Virus record (IMG/VR): IMGVR_UViG_3300006916_000041
Span: 32,001 to 96,000 of that record
DNA: 64,000 nucleotides
Direction: 5' to 3' (one strand)
DNA from: a virus
Shown here: one piece after another, positions 1 to 9,715 of the stretch
Layout: the number at the start of each line of letters is the position of its first letter
Position numbering within the stretch: position 1 is the stretch's first letter
Made by a program: the position numbers and the translations under genes
The notes under the pieces: generated by a model
Seen by the model: the letters and a program-made list of their open reading frames with translations, nothing else
Told to the model about the DNA's origin: nothing
The model's database searches: none

Positions 1-764
1 CAGACTGGAATATTGACAGCATGGACGGCAATGGTCCGAGTGGTATCAACATGGATTGGAGTAAATTAAACATTTTCCAAGTTAACTTTCGTTGGTTAGG
101 TGCAGGTGAAATACGTTGGGCAGTTGAAAACCCTGACACAGGTGATATGATGTTTATACATCACGAACATTACAGCAATCGCAACACAGACGTTCACTTG
201 GACAATCCTAGTTTTAAAATTGGATATATTGCTGCAAATCTATCAGCTAACACTATAACAGACGCACATGTGTTTGGTGCAAGTATGATGGCAGCAATTG
301 AAGGACAAATTGTAGACAACAGTTATACAACCAGTGCTACTAGCGGTACAAAGACCAGTTTAAACCAAAACAATCTACACAATCTGATCAGCATTAAAAA
401 CAGCTTGATTTATCAAAGCAAAATTAACCTACGTGAACTAAAACTAAAGACATTAAGTGTGTCTAGTCAAAACAATGATCCAATTGAAATATACCTAATA
501 TTAAATGGTACACTAAACGCAACCAATGAATGGACTAAAATTGGCGATTTTAGTAGTATTATCAAAGCTACTACAACAGGTACTTATGTTTCAACAGATG
601 AACAACCATTGGTTATATTGATTAATGGTATTAATGGTACTAGTACTTTTGATCTAAGTCAATATAATGTCACACTACCGCCTAACAATGTTGTAAGTGT
701 TGCAGTACAAAGCAGTCAGACAATACAAAGTATTAATGCAAGTTTGACCTGGAGTGAAACTTAA
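1..764 (+). CDS. Probable virion structural protein, 5' truncated by window edge
   Basis: Frame open to the left edge; S/T/N-rich beta-type composition, WLGAGEIRW motif. Confidence 0.5.
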   Translation, partial: DWNIDSMDGNGPSGINMDWSKLNIFQVNFRWLGAGEIRWAVENPDTGDMMFIHHEHYSNRNTDVHLDNPSFKIGYIAANLSANTITDAHVFGASMMAAIEGQIVDNSYTTSATSGTKTSLNQNNLHNLISIKNSLIYQSKINLRELKLKTLSVSSQNNDPIEIYLILNGTLNATNEWTKIGDFSSIIKATTTGTYVSTDEQPLVILINGINGTSTFDLSQYNVTLPPNNVVSVAVQSSQTIQSINASLTWSET

Positions 765-1147
765 ACTGTTAGTAACACAATAATTAAGTAAGTTGTATAG
801 TGTAGTATTTGATCTACAGCTTGTATTTTCCAAAATAAATTTTGTTTGGTTGTTATTTTTCTATCTAATGTGTACACACGTTTGGTCCAGTCAATCACAC
901 TGTGTAGCACAAAGTCCAGCAGTGCAGCAATTATTGCCCACCACAATCCGGCAAATAACAGTGTAATCACCGCAGTTAGTGCGGCGTGATCCAAACTGTG
1001 TATCCATAGTTTACGATCTGTTAGGTTTTTCTTATCACCATATTTTGGATTGTTGAGTCTGCTTTGCAGCCACAAATCTGCTACGGCATGTTTTACAAGT
1101 AGCAAATAAAAAAATAATACATAGCTCAACGTCTTACACTCTTCCAA
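761..1147 (-). CDS. DUF3307-like membrane protein
   Basis: HAVADLWLQ, HSLDHA, HSVIDWTK, DQILH motifs with hydrophobic helices. Confidence 0.7.
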   Translation of the reverse strand: MEECKTLSYVLFFYLLLVKHAVADLWLQSRLNNPKYGDKKNLTDRKLWIHSLDHAALTAVITLLFAGLWWAIIAALLDFVLHSVIDWTKRVYTLDRKITTKQNLFWKIQAVDQILHYTTYLIIVLLTV

Positions 1148-1362
1148 ATTTCAGACGCAGGAACACGAATAAAAGGTCTATTGGTTTCGTTGGGATTAGG
1201 ATTGGCTATAGTAACCATTACACGTTTTCCTTTACGATGAGCGTTTAGTTGATTGATCATTCTACGCATTGGATAATCTGGATCATTTTTACTGCGGCTT
1301 TTCATAGGTCTGCCGACTTCACCTTTTGATACTTGTGTTGCTCTTTGTTTTTTCTTACCCAT
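1126..1362 (-). CDS. Small basic hypothetical phage protein
   Basis: ORF chained with neighbours; start MGKKK after GGAG. Confidence 0.6.
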   Translation of the reverse strand: MGKKKQRATQVSKGEVGRPMKSRSKNDPDYPMRRMINQLNAHRKGKRVMVTIANPNPNETNRPFIRVPASEIWKSVRR

Positions 1363-1567
1363 TATTATCTCCAAACATTCCAATTAGCTCTGGACCAAAG
1401 TTACCCGCAGCCCAACCTAGTGCTACAATAGCAATTACGCCCATTACAAGCCATTTCATTTTAAAATCATCTACATCCATGCGTAATGCTACTAGCTCAT
1501 TACCCAGTATACGTACACTTACTTCTAATTTACCTTTATCGTCGGCTTCTGACATTGATATCTCCAT
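1355..1567 (-). CDS. Small membrane protein
   Basis: C-terminal hydrophobic helix; downstream of a minus-strand TAAATAC box. Confidence 0.55.
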   Translation of the reverse strand: MEISMSEADDKGKLEVSVRILGNELVALRMDVDDFKMKWLVMGVIAIVALGWAAGNFGPELIGMFGDNNG

Positions 1568-1590
1568 TAACTACGTTTATTATACTAACG

Positions 1591-1608
1591 GTATTTAGCA
1601 ATAAATAC
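1591..1608. promoter_or_regulatory. Back-to-back divergent T4-like late promoters
   Basis: GTATTTA-gcaa-TAAATAC inverted repeat between divergent ORFs. Confidence 0.6.
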
Positions 1609-1614
1609 TCAACC

Positions 1615-1695
1615 ATGGAAGATCCCGAAGAAGATTGGACGAACTCATGTGATGACCCATGCGATGATGTAACACATTGGATAGGAGTAATATGA
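1615..1695 (+). CDS. 26-aa acidic peptide
   Basis: MEDPEEDWTNSCDDPCDDVTHWIGVI directly after late box, stop overlaps next start. Confidence 0.35.
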   Translation: MEDPEEDWTNSCDDPCDDVTHWIGVI

Positions 1696-1895
1696 GAATA
1701 CCAATCAAAGAGCATAAACCATGGCCTAAAAAGATATACAAATTCTTTGTTGTAAATTCAAAAGGCCAGGTGATAGAAGGCGGTCTTCCAAGCGAAGAAC
1801 ACGCACGTACTGTTATTGATTTTTTATCAGAACAAGAAGGAATGACAGATTTAACAATCGAAGTTGATTGTATGCCTGATACTAAAAGAGGTTGA
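1692..1895 (+). CDS. Hypothetical protein
   Basis: ORF with AGGAG RBS. Confidence 0.55.
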   Translation: MRIPIKEHKPWPKKIYKFFVVNSKGQVIEGGLPSEEHARTVIDFLSEQEGMTDLTIEVDCMPDTKRG

Positions 1896-1919
1896 CATGT
1901 TGTTAAAATATGCTATATT
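1892..1919 (+). promoter_or_regulatory. Sigma70-type promoter
   Basis: TTGACA-16-TATATT with TGn extension. Confidence 0.6.
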
Positions 1920-1925
1920 AGTAAT

Positions 1926-2081
1926 ATGACATATGAACAAGCATTAGAAAATTCGCAATTTAGATTGGACTACCAAGACAATTGTGATGAACGTGAAGCC
2001 TGGGGAGATCCGGTGTTAACTCGAGAAGAATATTTTGAAATATGGGATAGGAGAAATGAACCATGCGAATCTTTAAAATAA
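1926..2081 (+). CDS. Small hypothetical protein (51 aa, not in ORF track)
   Basis: ATG just after promoter, MTYEQALENSQF... Confidence 0.45.
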   Translation: MTYEQALENSQFRLDYQDNCDEREAWGDPVLTREEYFEIWDRRNEPCESLK

Positions 2082-2596
2082 TTTTTATTGCTTTTGTTGT
2101 TGGTCTGGTTGCTAGCAGTGCTTTTGCAGACAGTTATGTAACTACTGGAAAACTAGTACACAAAGAACCAATTTACACAAATGTAAATCAAAGACAACCG
2201 CAACAAGTTTGTAGAAATGTTGAAGTTCCTGTATATGGAACAGTACAAGGTGGCGGCAATGCTGTAGAAGGTGCGCTAACAGGTGCTATTATTGGCGGTA
2301 TTCTAGGCGAAGCACTTGGTGGCAAAAACGAGCGCAACGCTGGTGCTATTTTTGGTGCGATTGTAGGCGGCGATAAAGCAGCAAACGGCAATCGTCGAGT
2401 TGTCACAGGTTATCGGACAGAAAGACAGTGTACAACTGAATATGTAAACACAACAACAAGTGTTGTTAATCAATACAGACTAACATATCGTGTTAATGGA
2501 CAAGATGTTGTTTATGTTGTAAATCGTGCGCAAGGTGAAAATGCTTGGATGGGAAGTACTAAACGTTTTCGTGTGCGTTATCAAATGTTAAATTAA
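2063..2596 (+). CDS. Secreted glycine-zipper protein
   Basis: Signal peptide (SSAFA) and GALTGAIIGGILG...GAIFGAIVGG repeats. Confidence 0.75.
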   Translation: MRIFKIIFIAFVVGLVASSAFADSYVTTGKLVHKEPIYTNVNQRQPQQVCRNVEVPVYGTVQGGGNAVEGALTGAIIGGILGEALGGKNERNAGAIFGAIVGGDKAANGNRRVVTGYRTERQCTTEYVNTTTSVVNQYRLTYRVNGQDVVYVVNRAQGENAWMGSTKRFRVRYQMLN

Positions 2597-2610
2597 TCTA
2601 AGAGGTAATT

Positions 2611-3003
2611 ATGAGCATGCACTTGGTTGGTCCATACATGACCACTACAAAGTACAATCGTCGAAAAAAACCTACAAAGAACAAACGTCAGTTGGCAGCA
2701 CAAGCTGAACATGAAAAATGGTTGACAAAGATGGGTGTAAATTCAGATCAGCTAGCAGAGAAAAAGGAAAAACGAGGCAATGTTACGACAGTGGCTTTTC
2801 CTGATTACACTAGTGATAGTACAAATCGTGTTAATACTAGCGACTGCGTTCCTAGCGGAAGCACAGCCCCTAAAGAACGCAATGTGTACAGTGGAGAGCG
2901 TCAACTGCTCGGAGTAGCAACCATGCACAAAAGTAATATGGTACCTGTTTTTGCTGATAAAAAAGAAGATGCAAAAGATATTGCCAACATGAGACGTGGT
3001 TAA
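2611..3003 (+). CDS. Hypothetical phage protein
   Basis: RBS GAGG; C-terminal ATMHKSNMVPVF motif. Confidence 0.65.
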   Translation: MSMHLVGPYMTTTKYNRRKKPTKNKRQLAAQAEHEKWLTKMGVNSDQLAEKKEKRGNVTTVAFPDYTSDSTNRVNTSDCVPSGSTAPKERNVYSGERQLLGVATMHKSNMVPVFADKKEDAKDIANMRRG

Positions 3004-3156
3004 ATGCAGTGGTTTGATTATCTAGTTGTAGTATTTTTTGCATTCAATATATGGATAGGATTATTAACTTTAAACTTGATTTCTTTAGTAATTATGTGTA
3101 TAATGTGGTTACAATATGAACGTTGGAGGTCACGTGGCGATACATGGAATGATTGA
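3004..3156 (+). CDS. Small membrane protein (50 aa, not in ORF track)
   Basis: MQWFDYLVVVFFAF... fills gap between neighbours. Confidence 0.45.
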   Translation: MQWFDYLVVVFFAFNIWIGLLTLNLISLVIMCIMWLQYERWRSRGDTWND

Positions 3157-3721
3157 TTTGGAAACATTGGATACCAGTCCAAGATGCACCGTCCTCACAG
3201 TGGGCGGTGTAAAGTTTGATCCATACAGCACAAATGAACCTCACAGTGAATTTTATTTTCGTTTAGACTTAGATGAACAAGATCGTTTAGGACGCACAGT
3301 CACTGACGACACAATTGAGTGGTGGGCAAAACAGGATCCCCGAGTAAAAGAAGAAGCCTTTAGAGAAGACGACAGAGTCGGGCTGAAACACTTTCTAGAC
3401 CATTTAACCAAATGGATGGTGGGTGTCGATGTATTATGGGGACATGGATATGGTTTTGATGTTACTATTGTAGAAGATATGTATCGTCAATTGTCCACAC
3501 CAATACCTTGGAACTTTTGGCAGGTAAAAGACGGTAGAACATTTTTGAGTTTGCTGCCAAGTGATCCAAGGAAAACCATGCAACAGGATTTGCACAATGC
3601 ACTGGCTGACAGTTACTATCAAGCCAAAGCAATACAAATAGCCTACGCTAAATATGACGAGTGGACTAAACAGGGATCGACCCACTATAAACATTCCGCC
3701 CCCTCAATACAAGAGGTATAA
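3134..3721 (+). CDS. DEDD 3'-5' exonuclease (Rv2179c/ExoVIII-like)
   Basis: MIDLETL, FD, HNALADS motifs. Confidence 0.8.
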   Translation: MAIHGMIDLETLDTSPRCTVLTVGGVKFDPYSTNEPHSEFYFRLDLDEQDRLGRTVTDDTIEWWAKQDPRVKEEAFREDDRVGLKHFLDHLTKWMVGVDVLWGHGYGFDVTIVEDMYRQLSTPIPWNFWQVKDGRTFLSLLPSDPRKTMQQDLHNALADSYYQAKAIQIAYAKYDEWTKQGSTHYKHSAPSIQEV

Positions 3722-3722
3722 A

Positions 3723-4223
3723 ATGCAACCAGTAACATACAAATATGTAAGTACAAAAGAATATCACAATGCTTTCCCATGTGCGTATAGACAGTGGAAA
3801 GCTGACAGTCATTGTAATCAAATACATGGTTACTCATTTAGTATGAAGTTTTATTTTGGAACTGACACACTAGATGCTCGTAACTGGGTAGCTGATTATG
3901 GTGGACTAAGAGAACTAAAAGCTCAGATGGAAGATCAATTTGATCACACATTGTTGGTAGCAGAAGATGATCCTGAACTAGAACTGTATAAAACAATGCA
4001 AGAACGTGGCATTGCAAAACTAACAATTCTTCCACGTTTGGGTTGTGAAGGATTGGCAGATCAAATTTACAAATATGTAAATGGTGTTTATATTCCAGAT
4101 ATGTGGGGTCCGGCAGAAGCTGATCGTTTGTGGTGTTTTAAAGTAGAAGTGCGTGAAACAATCGCTAACATGGCATATCGTGAAGGCCATAGAGAATGGA
4201 ATGAAGATTTATTTGCGGAGTAA
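3723..4223 (+). CDS. queD: 6-carboxytetrahydropterin synthase / PTPS family
   Basis: CNQIHGYS, DYGGL, FDHTLL, EVRET motifs of the T-fold PTPS family. Confidence 0.8.
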   Translation: MQPVTYKYVSTKEYHNAFPCAYRQWKADSHCNQIHGYSFSMKFYFGTDTLDARNWVADYGGLRELKAQMEDQFDHTLLVAEDDPELELYKTMQERGIAKLTILPRLGCEGLADQIYKYVNGVYIPDMWGPAEADRLWCFKVEVRETIANMAYREGHREWNEDLFAE

Positions 4224-4225
4224 AT

Positions 4226-4474
4226 GTGGCAAATATTACTACAGATGATTTAGAATGGTGTGCAAATTGGGAGCAAGAAGATCGCTTCTATTGCACACTG
4301 TTTATTAGAAGCAACAGATATTCAAAGCCAAAAGGTTTTCACAAGTTACTTGAAAACCTTTTTGGAAACGAATTTGGTGGCTTTAGATATGATCAACATC
4401 GTAACGGATACGAATGTTGGTTTAAAAACAAAGAAGATATGTTAACTTTTAAGATGCTGGCAAAACATGGATGA
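4226..4474 (+). CDS. Hypothetical protein
   Basis: ORF in operon with GGAG RBS. Confidence 0.5.
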   Translation: MANITTDDLEWCANWEQEDRFYCTLFIRSNRYSKPKGFHKLLENLFGNEFGGFRYDQHRNGYECWFKNKEDMLTFKMLAKHG

Positions 4475-4772
4475 AGTCAAAGATAAAATTATTGAAAATC
4501 TAAAGCAGGTGTATGATCCTGAGATCAGTATCAATGTATACGATCTCGGATTGATATATGAAGTTGATGTAAGCAATCTTCCTAAGGTAAAAATTGTACA
4601 CACACTGACCAGTGCTTTTTGTCCAGCAGCAGATATTATTAGAAATGATATATACTATGCTGCATGTACAGTAGATGGGGTTGAAGAGTGTGATGTAGAA
4701 TGCACATTTGATCCTCCGTTTGGGCCTGACATGATGAGCGAAGACACAAAAATGATATTAGGAGTTTGGTAA
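4467..4772 (+). CDS. DUF59 / SufT-PaaD Fe-S maturation protein
   Basis: VYDPEI..N.YDLGLIY and TLTSAFCP. Confidence 0.85.
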   Translation: MDEVKDKIIENLKQVYDPEISINVYDLGLIYEVDVSNLPKVKIVHTLTSAFCPAADIIRNDIYYAACTVDGVEECDVECTFDPPFGPDMMSEDTKMILGVW

Positions 4773-5047
4773 TGGGTTGGTGGAATAAACTAGTAAGAGA
4801 TAAAAAAGCTGTGGAAGAAAATATATCCTTAGATGGCAAATTCAAAGATGCAGTAGCTACAAATCCATTAGTTATTAACGGTAATACATTACAAAATAAA
4901 AGTCTTGATAGTGTAATGGAAGATAAACTACAAAAGCGTACTAAAAATGAACTTGTGGACTTTGCACAAGAAAATTTTGGAATCGAGTTAGACAGACGAC
5001 TGACCAAACAAAACATGATTAATAGAATACTAGAGGAGAGTGAATGA
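4772..5047 (+). CDS. Hypothetical protein, C-terminal HeH-like helices
   Basis: TKNELVDFA...[12 protein letters not shown]. Confidence 0.5.
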   Translation: MGWWNKLVRDKKAVEENISLDGKFKDAVATNPLVINGNTLQNKSLDSVMEDKLQKRTKNELVDFAQENFGIELDRRLTKQNMINRILEESE

Positions 5048-5400
5048 CATACATTGTGAATGATGCTTGTATCAAGTGCAAGTATACAGACTGCGTAGAA
5101 GTTTGTCCAGTGGACTGTTTTTACGAAGGCGAAAACATGTTGGTTATTAAACCCAATGAATGCATTGACTGTGGTGTATGCGAACCAGAATGTCCTGCGG
5201 ATGCTATCAAGCCAGACACTAACATGACGGAAGCAGATAAATTTTGGTTAAAGATGAATACTGAATACGCAGAAAAGTGGCCTAACATTACAACCAAAAA
5301 AGATGCACTACCAGAGGCTGATGAATACAACCCTGAATTAGGATACAAAGGCGAAGTTAAGGGTAATTTTTTCAGTGGCAGATCCGGCAAAGGAGACTAG
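5044..5400 (+). CDS. fdxA: 7Fe-type ferredoxin
   Basis: [18 protein letters not shown] and [12 protein letters not shown]. Confidence 0.93.
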   Translation: MTYIVNDACIKCKYTDCVEVCPVDCFYEGENMLVIKPNECIDCGVCEPECPADAIKPDTNMTEADKFWLKMNTEYAEKWPNITTKKDALPEADEYNPELGYKGEVKGNFFSGRSGKGD

Positions 5401-5432
5401 CGCCATAAATACTCCTGTAAGAGGAGAAAATT

Positions 5433-5855
5433 ATGACGCAACCAAGTCCCTATAGCTATAGGGTTAAAAGCATTGTAAAAATCATTGACGGTGACACATT
5501 TGATTGTATAATGGATTTAGGATTTGATGTGTTGCTTGAAGCAAGAGTCCGCATGGCGGGCATAGATACACCGGAGAGTAGAACTAGAGACCTAGAAGAA
5601 AAGAAGTTCGGATTACTTGCCAAAGAATGGCTAATTGCACATTTGAATGATAATATAATTATATCAACTCAACTGGACAATGAAAAAGGTAAATTTGGTA
5701 GAGTATTAGGAACAGTATGGGCAGAAGGTACTAACATCAACGAAAAAATGATCGAGGAGCATATGGCAGTAAGATATCATGGTCAAGCTAAAAGCGATGT
5801 TGAAGCGGAACATTTGCAGAATCGACAAATACTAACAGAACAAGGCAAAATATGA
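5433..5855 (+). CDS. Thermonuclease (SNase) family protein
   Basis: IDGDT, RMAGIDTPE, KFGRVLG; late box ATAAATA at 5405. Confidence 0.88.
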   Translation: MTQPSPYSYRVKSIVKIIDGDTFDCIMDLGFDVLLEARVRMAGIDTPESRTRDLEEKKFGLLAKEWLIAHLNDNIIISTQLDNEKGKFGRVLGTVWAEGTNINEKMIEEHMAVRYHGQAKSDVEAEHLQNRQILTEQGKI

Positions 5856-6157
5856 TACTAACAGTTACTGAATCAGCTAAAGACTATTTGATAAACATGA
5901 CCAAGCAACACGATAAAAAGTTTGTAAACTTGGCAGTCAAAGGCGGCGGGTGCAGTGGCTTTCAGTATGAATGGACATTTACTGATGAACCAGACGGCAC
6001 GGTGTTTGAGGACATACTAGTTCTAGACCCCATGGCTGAAATGTTTGTGTTTGGTTGTACAGTGGATTACATCAATGAATTAGGCGGTAGTTATTTGACC
6101 GTAAAGAATCCTAATGCAACTGCATCATGTGGTTGTGGGGAAAGTTTCGCAGTTTAA
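5852..6157 (+). CDS. HesB/IscA/SufA A-type Fe-S carrier
   Basis: GGGCSGFQY and NPNATASCGCGESF. Confidence 0.93.
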   Translation: MILTVTESAKDYLINMTKQHDKKFVNLAVKGGGCSGFQYEWTFTDEPDGTVFEDILVLDPMAEMFVFGCTVDYINELGGSYLTVKNPNATASCGCGESFAV

Positions 6158-6168
6158 CGGAGGCGCGA

Positions 6169-7095
6169 ATGAAAATCGTTACTGGTAGCAGTAATCAGCC
6201 TTTTGCCCAAAAGGTTGCAGAACACTGTTTTGTGGATCTCGTACCAGCAGATCTAAACAGGTTCAATGATGGAGAAATATGTGTAGAAGTAAAAGAAAAC
6301 ATCCGGGGCAAGGATGTTTTTTTAGTGAATAGCACTTGTTCTCCTGTAAATGAAAGTTTAATGGAATTGTTGATTATGATAGACACTGCAAAGCGTAGCA
6401 GTGCAAGAAGAATCACAACGGTAATTCCATATTATGGTTATGCAAGACAAGATCGTAAAAGTGCAAGTCGTACACCAATTACAGCAAAACTAGTAGCAGA
6501 CTTGCTTACTAAAGCAGGCGCTGATAGAATTCTCACAATGGATTTACATGCAGGACAGATACAAGGATTTTTTGATATTCCAGTAGATGATCTTACTAGT
6601 AGAGTAGTATTTGCTAAAGATATTGAATCTAAAATTAACAAAGAAGAAGGCTGTGTATTTGTAAGTCCAGATGCTGGCGGTGCAGTAAGAGCCCGTAAGT
6701 TTGCTGACATGTTTCACGGAGATATTGCTATTGTTGACAAACGCAGACCTCGAGCAGGTGTTGCTGAAGTTATGGCACTGATTGGAGATGTAAAAGGCAA
6801 ACATGCTATCCTAGTAGATGACATTGTTGACAGTGGAGGTACACTGTGCAAAGCAGCAGATGCAATTCTAGAAGCAGGTGCGCTCAGTGTTAGAGCATAT
6901 ATCACACATGGTGTTCTTAGCAATGGCGCTCAAAAGAAAATTGATGCAAGTAATTTACAAGAACTTGTTGTCAGTGATAGTATTCCTTATACAGGAACAA
7001 GTAAAAAAATACGTCAAGTAAGTGTTGCTCCACTGTTTGGTGAAGCAATGCGTAGAATCACAAATGAAGAAAGTGTAAGTAGTTTATTCCAATGA
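6169..7095 (+). CDS. prs: Ribose-phosphate pyrophosphokinase
   Basis: PYYGYARQDRK, DLHAGQIQGFF, SPDAGG, VDDIVDSGGT. Confidence 0.96.
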   Translation: MKIVTGSSNQPFAQKVAEHCFVDLVPADLNRFNDGEICVEVKENIRGKDVFLVNSTCSPVNESLMELLIMIDTAKRSSARRITTVIPYYGYARQDRKSASRTPITAKLVADLLTKAGADRILTMDLHAGQIQGFFDIPVDDLTSRVVFAKDIESKINKEEGCVFVSPDAGGAVRARKFADMFHGDIAIVDKRRPRAGVAEVMALIGDVKGKHAILVDDIVDSGGTLCKAADAILEAGALSVRAYITHGVLSNGAQKKIDASNLQELVVSDSIPYTGTSKKIRQVSVAPLFGEAMRRITNEESVSSLFQ

Positions 7096-7430
7096 AATAT
7101 GTTATAGATATAGATGGTACAATTTGCCAAGAAGTAATTATACCCGACAGCGGTGGTAAAAAAGATTATGCAAATCATATTCCTTACATGGATAGAATTG
7201 CTAAAGTTAATAGACTGTATGATCAAGGACACACGATCAAGTACATGACAGCACGAGGAATCAGTAGCGGCGTAGATTATCTTGATTTAACTAAAAATCA
7301 ATTGGATAAATGGGGTGCAAAATATCACGAGCTCAGTGTTGGTAAAAAAGAACATTATGATGTTTGGATTGACGACAAAGCATTTTGGAGTGAAAACTTT
7401 TTTCGTGAAACAGGAGAAACTTATGAGTAA
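7092..7430 (+). CDS. HAD-superfamily phosphatase
   Basis: DIDGTIC, TARG, IDDKA. Confidence 0.8.
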   Translation: MKYVIDIDGTICQEVIIPDSGGKKDYANHIPYMDRIAKVNRLYDQGHTIKYMTARGISSGVDYLDLTKNQLDKWGAKYHELSVGKKEHYDVWIDDKAFWSENFFRETGETYE

Positions 7431-8226
7431 TACATTTATTGCAGCAATGGATCACAGTGGTGGTAGTACAGGGGGCGTACTAGAAAGATATGGTCAAGAA
7501 TACACAGAAGAAAATAAAATGGATCTTGTGCATGCAATGCGATTGAGAATGGTTGCTAATTCAGATTTCAACAGCAATAACATCAGTCATGCTATACTTT
7601 ATAAAGATACAGTAGACAGAGGAATAGTTCCTGTACTAGAGAAAAAAGGTATTCGTGCAATACTAAAAGTTGACAGTGGTTGTGAAGAAGACGGCACACT
7701 CAAAGACTTTGATGTGGTTGATATGATACATTTTGCACACCTAAACAAGTGCGTTGGTACTAAAATGCGCAGTATTGTTAAAAGTGAAAAATATCTAGAT
7801 GATGTTCTGCATCAACAGTTTGCTATTGCACAAGACATCAGCAATAGTGGATTAATTCCAATTGTCGAACCAGAAGTTCCGATAGAGCATGAACAGAAAT
7901 CGACGCTAGAAAAGAGTTTAAAAAGAAAACTAGGAAAATACTTGAATAATTTCAACGGTAGTGTTATACTTAAATTAACACTACCTGAACAAGCAAATTT
8001 ATATCAAGATCTGCTGATGTATAACACAGTAAACAAAATTGTTGGTCTCAGCGGCGGGTACACAACTGAAGAAGCATGCAGGCGGCTGAGCCAAAACCAA
8101 GACATGACTGCTAGTTTTAGCAGAGGATTAAGCGAAGGACTACTGGTTACACAAAGTGATGACGAATTTAACGCACAACTCAGTCAAAATATAGCTGATA
8201 TTGTTGCAGCAGGAAACACACCATAA
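7423..8226 (+). CDS. Fructose-bisphosphate aldolase class I
   Basis: FIAAMDHSGGST, GTKMRS, PIVEPEV, LKLTLP, LSGGY, ASFSRGL. Confidence 0.9.
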   Translation: MSNTFIAAMDHSGGSTGGVLERYGQEYTEENKMDLVHAMRLRMVANSDFNSNNISHAILYKDTVDRGIVPVLEKKGIRAILKVDSGCEEDGTLKDFDVVDMIHFAHLNKCVGTKMRSIVKSEKYLDDVLHQQFAIAQDISNSGLIPIVEPEVPIEHEQKSTLEKSLKRKLGKYLNNFNGSVILKLTLPEQANLYQDLLMYNTVNKIVGLSGGYTTEEACRRLSQNQDMTASFSRGLSEGLLVTQSDDEFNAQLSQNIADIVAAGNTP

Positions 8227-8540
8227 TGGACACACACATAGTAAAGCAACAGCAAATGTTAGATCCTACTAGTAGGATGCCATTTTCTGATACTGATAAA
8301 AGTGTTTCCAGTAACGGTATACTTCCTTTTGCTAATAGTGAAAATATTGCTCCTCCAGTTAACAAAGAAAAAATTAGAGTAGTGGACCAAGCAACTAGAA
8401 CAGAAGTTGCTATAGACATGTTAAAAAAATGGCATGAAAAATCAGATCAAATAAAAGATATTCTTGAAGATTTAAGATTACAAGCATTTTTTAAAAAACA
8501 ACAGATACAGCAAGGTGCTGTAATAGATATAGAGGTATAA
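8226..8540 (+). CDS. Hypothetical protein
   Basis: ORF coupled to neighbours. Confidence 0.5.
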   Translation: MDTHIVKQQQMLDPTSRMPFSDTDKSVSSNGILPFANSENIAPPVNKEKIRVVDQATRTEVAIDMLKKWHEKSDQIKDILEDLRLQAFFKKQQIQQGAVIDIEV

Positions 8541-8948
8541 ATGTCACAAGTAGATTTAAACAAGTACAAAGACTTTGTAGAAAAAGTCACCAGCAGTGAA
8601 AGTAATGCATTTGGTGCATTGCATTCAAGAATGATTGCACTCAGCGACGAAGGAGTAAATCCTGCACTGCTACTCACAGCTAGTATCGGTATGGCAAGTG
8701 AAGGCGGAGAGTTCAGTGAGATTGTAAAGAAATGTACATTCCAAGGCAAGCCTATGAATGAAGACACTGTGTTTCACATGAAGCGTGAGCTTGGAGACAT
8801 TATGTGGTATTGGGTAAATGCATGTCGTGCATTGAAACTGGATCCCAATGAAGTAGTTGCGGAAAATGTACGCAAACTAGAAAGTCGTTATCCAGGCGGC
8901 AGTTTTGACGTTTATTACAGTGAAAATAGAAAAGAAGGTGATTTATGA
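8541..8948 (+). CDS. mazG: MazG-like nucleotide pyrophosphohydrolase
   Basis: SEGGEFSEIVKK, RELGDIMWY, NVRKLESRY. Confidence 0.88.
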   Translation: MSQVDLNKYKDFVEKVTSSESNAFGALHSRMIALSDEGVNPALLLTASIGMASEGGEFSEIVKKCTFQGKPMNEDTVFHMKRELGDIMWYWVNACRALKLDPNEVVAENVRKLESRYPGGSFDVYYSENRKEGDL

Positions 8949-9622
8949 TGAGTATTGAAGCTCTTAGACAACAAAAATTATACGATGAAGGCTTGCGTGA
9001 ATTCATGCTTAATATGTACAACCACACAGCGGCAGGATTGGCTGTAAGTGGAGCAGTTGCATGGTTTGTTTACAGTAGCGGACTGCTTTATCAAATGGCA
9101 GGCTCATTGTGGTTGTTTGCACTTGCTCCATTGGGTATGATTTTGTGGTATAGTTTTGCAGGACGCAATTGGAGTTATCCAACACTGAGAAACTTCTACT
9201 ATACATTTGTTATAGTCATGGGTGTAGGACTTGCTCCTATTTTTGCTGTATACACAGGTGCTAGCATTGCACAAGTGTTTTTTATTACAGCCGCAACATT
9301 TCTCAGTGCTAGTCTTTGGGGCTATACAACCAAACGAGACCTGACAGGTTTTGGACACTTCTTGCTCATGGGATTGATTGGTATCATCATTGCAATGATA
9401 GTAAACATCTTTTTAGCAAGCAGTGGATTGCAGTTTGCAATCAGTATCATTGGTGTAATTGTGTTTACAGGTTTAACTGCTTGGGACACACAAAATGCAA
9501 AAAACATTTATGTAAATCATGGTGGTGATCCACGCTACGGCATTCAGTTTGCTATTAGCTTATATCTAAACTTTATCAACTTATTCCAAATGTTGCTGCA
9601 TTTATTAGGAAATAGAGAGTAA
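8945..9622 (+). CDS. yccA: Bax inhibitor-1/YccA membrane protein
   Basis: DEGLREFML..YN, GYTTKRDL, AWDTQ, LYLNFINLF; 7 TM. Confidence 0.9.
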   Translation: MMSIEALRQQKLYDEGLREFMLNMYNHTAAGLAVSGAVAWFVYSSGLLYQMAGSLWLFALAPLGMILWYSFAGRNWSYPTLRNFYYTFVIVMGVGLAPIFAVYTGASIAQVFFITAATFLSASLWGYTTKRDLTGFGHFLLMGLIGIIIAMIVNIFLASSGLQFAISIIGVIVFTGLTAWDTQNAKNIYVNHGGDPRYGIQFAISLYLNFINLFQMLLHLLGNRE

Positions 9623-9641
9623 AGTGATTTCTAATATAAGT

Positions 9642-9673
9642 AAAAGCGTCAGGTCTAGTCCGCCTGGCGTTTT
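9642..9673 (+). terminator. Putative intrinsic terminator
   Basis: GCGTCAGG/CCTGGCGT stem followed by TTT after yccA. Confidence 0.5.
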
Positions 9674-9715
9674 ATTGTGAGCGACGGGGTAAAGCCGTCA
9701 AGCAAGGAGAAAGAA

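Noticed and set aside
9623-9715. Known riboswitch upstream of the transporter
   Set aside because: No consensus I recognise; kept only as a low-score hairpin observation
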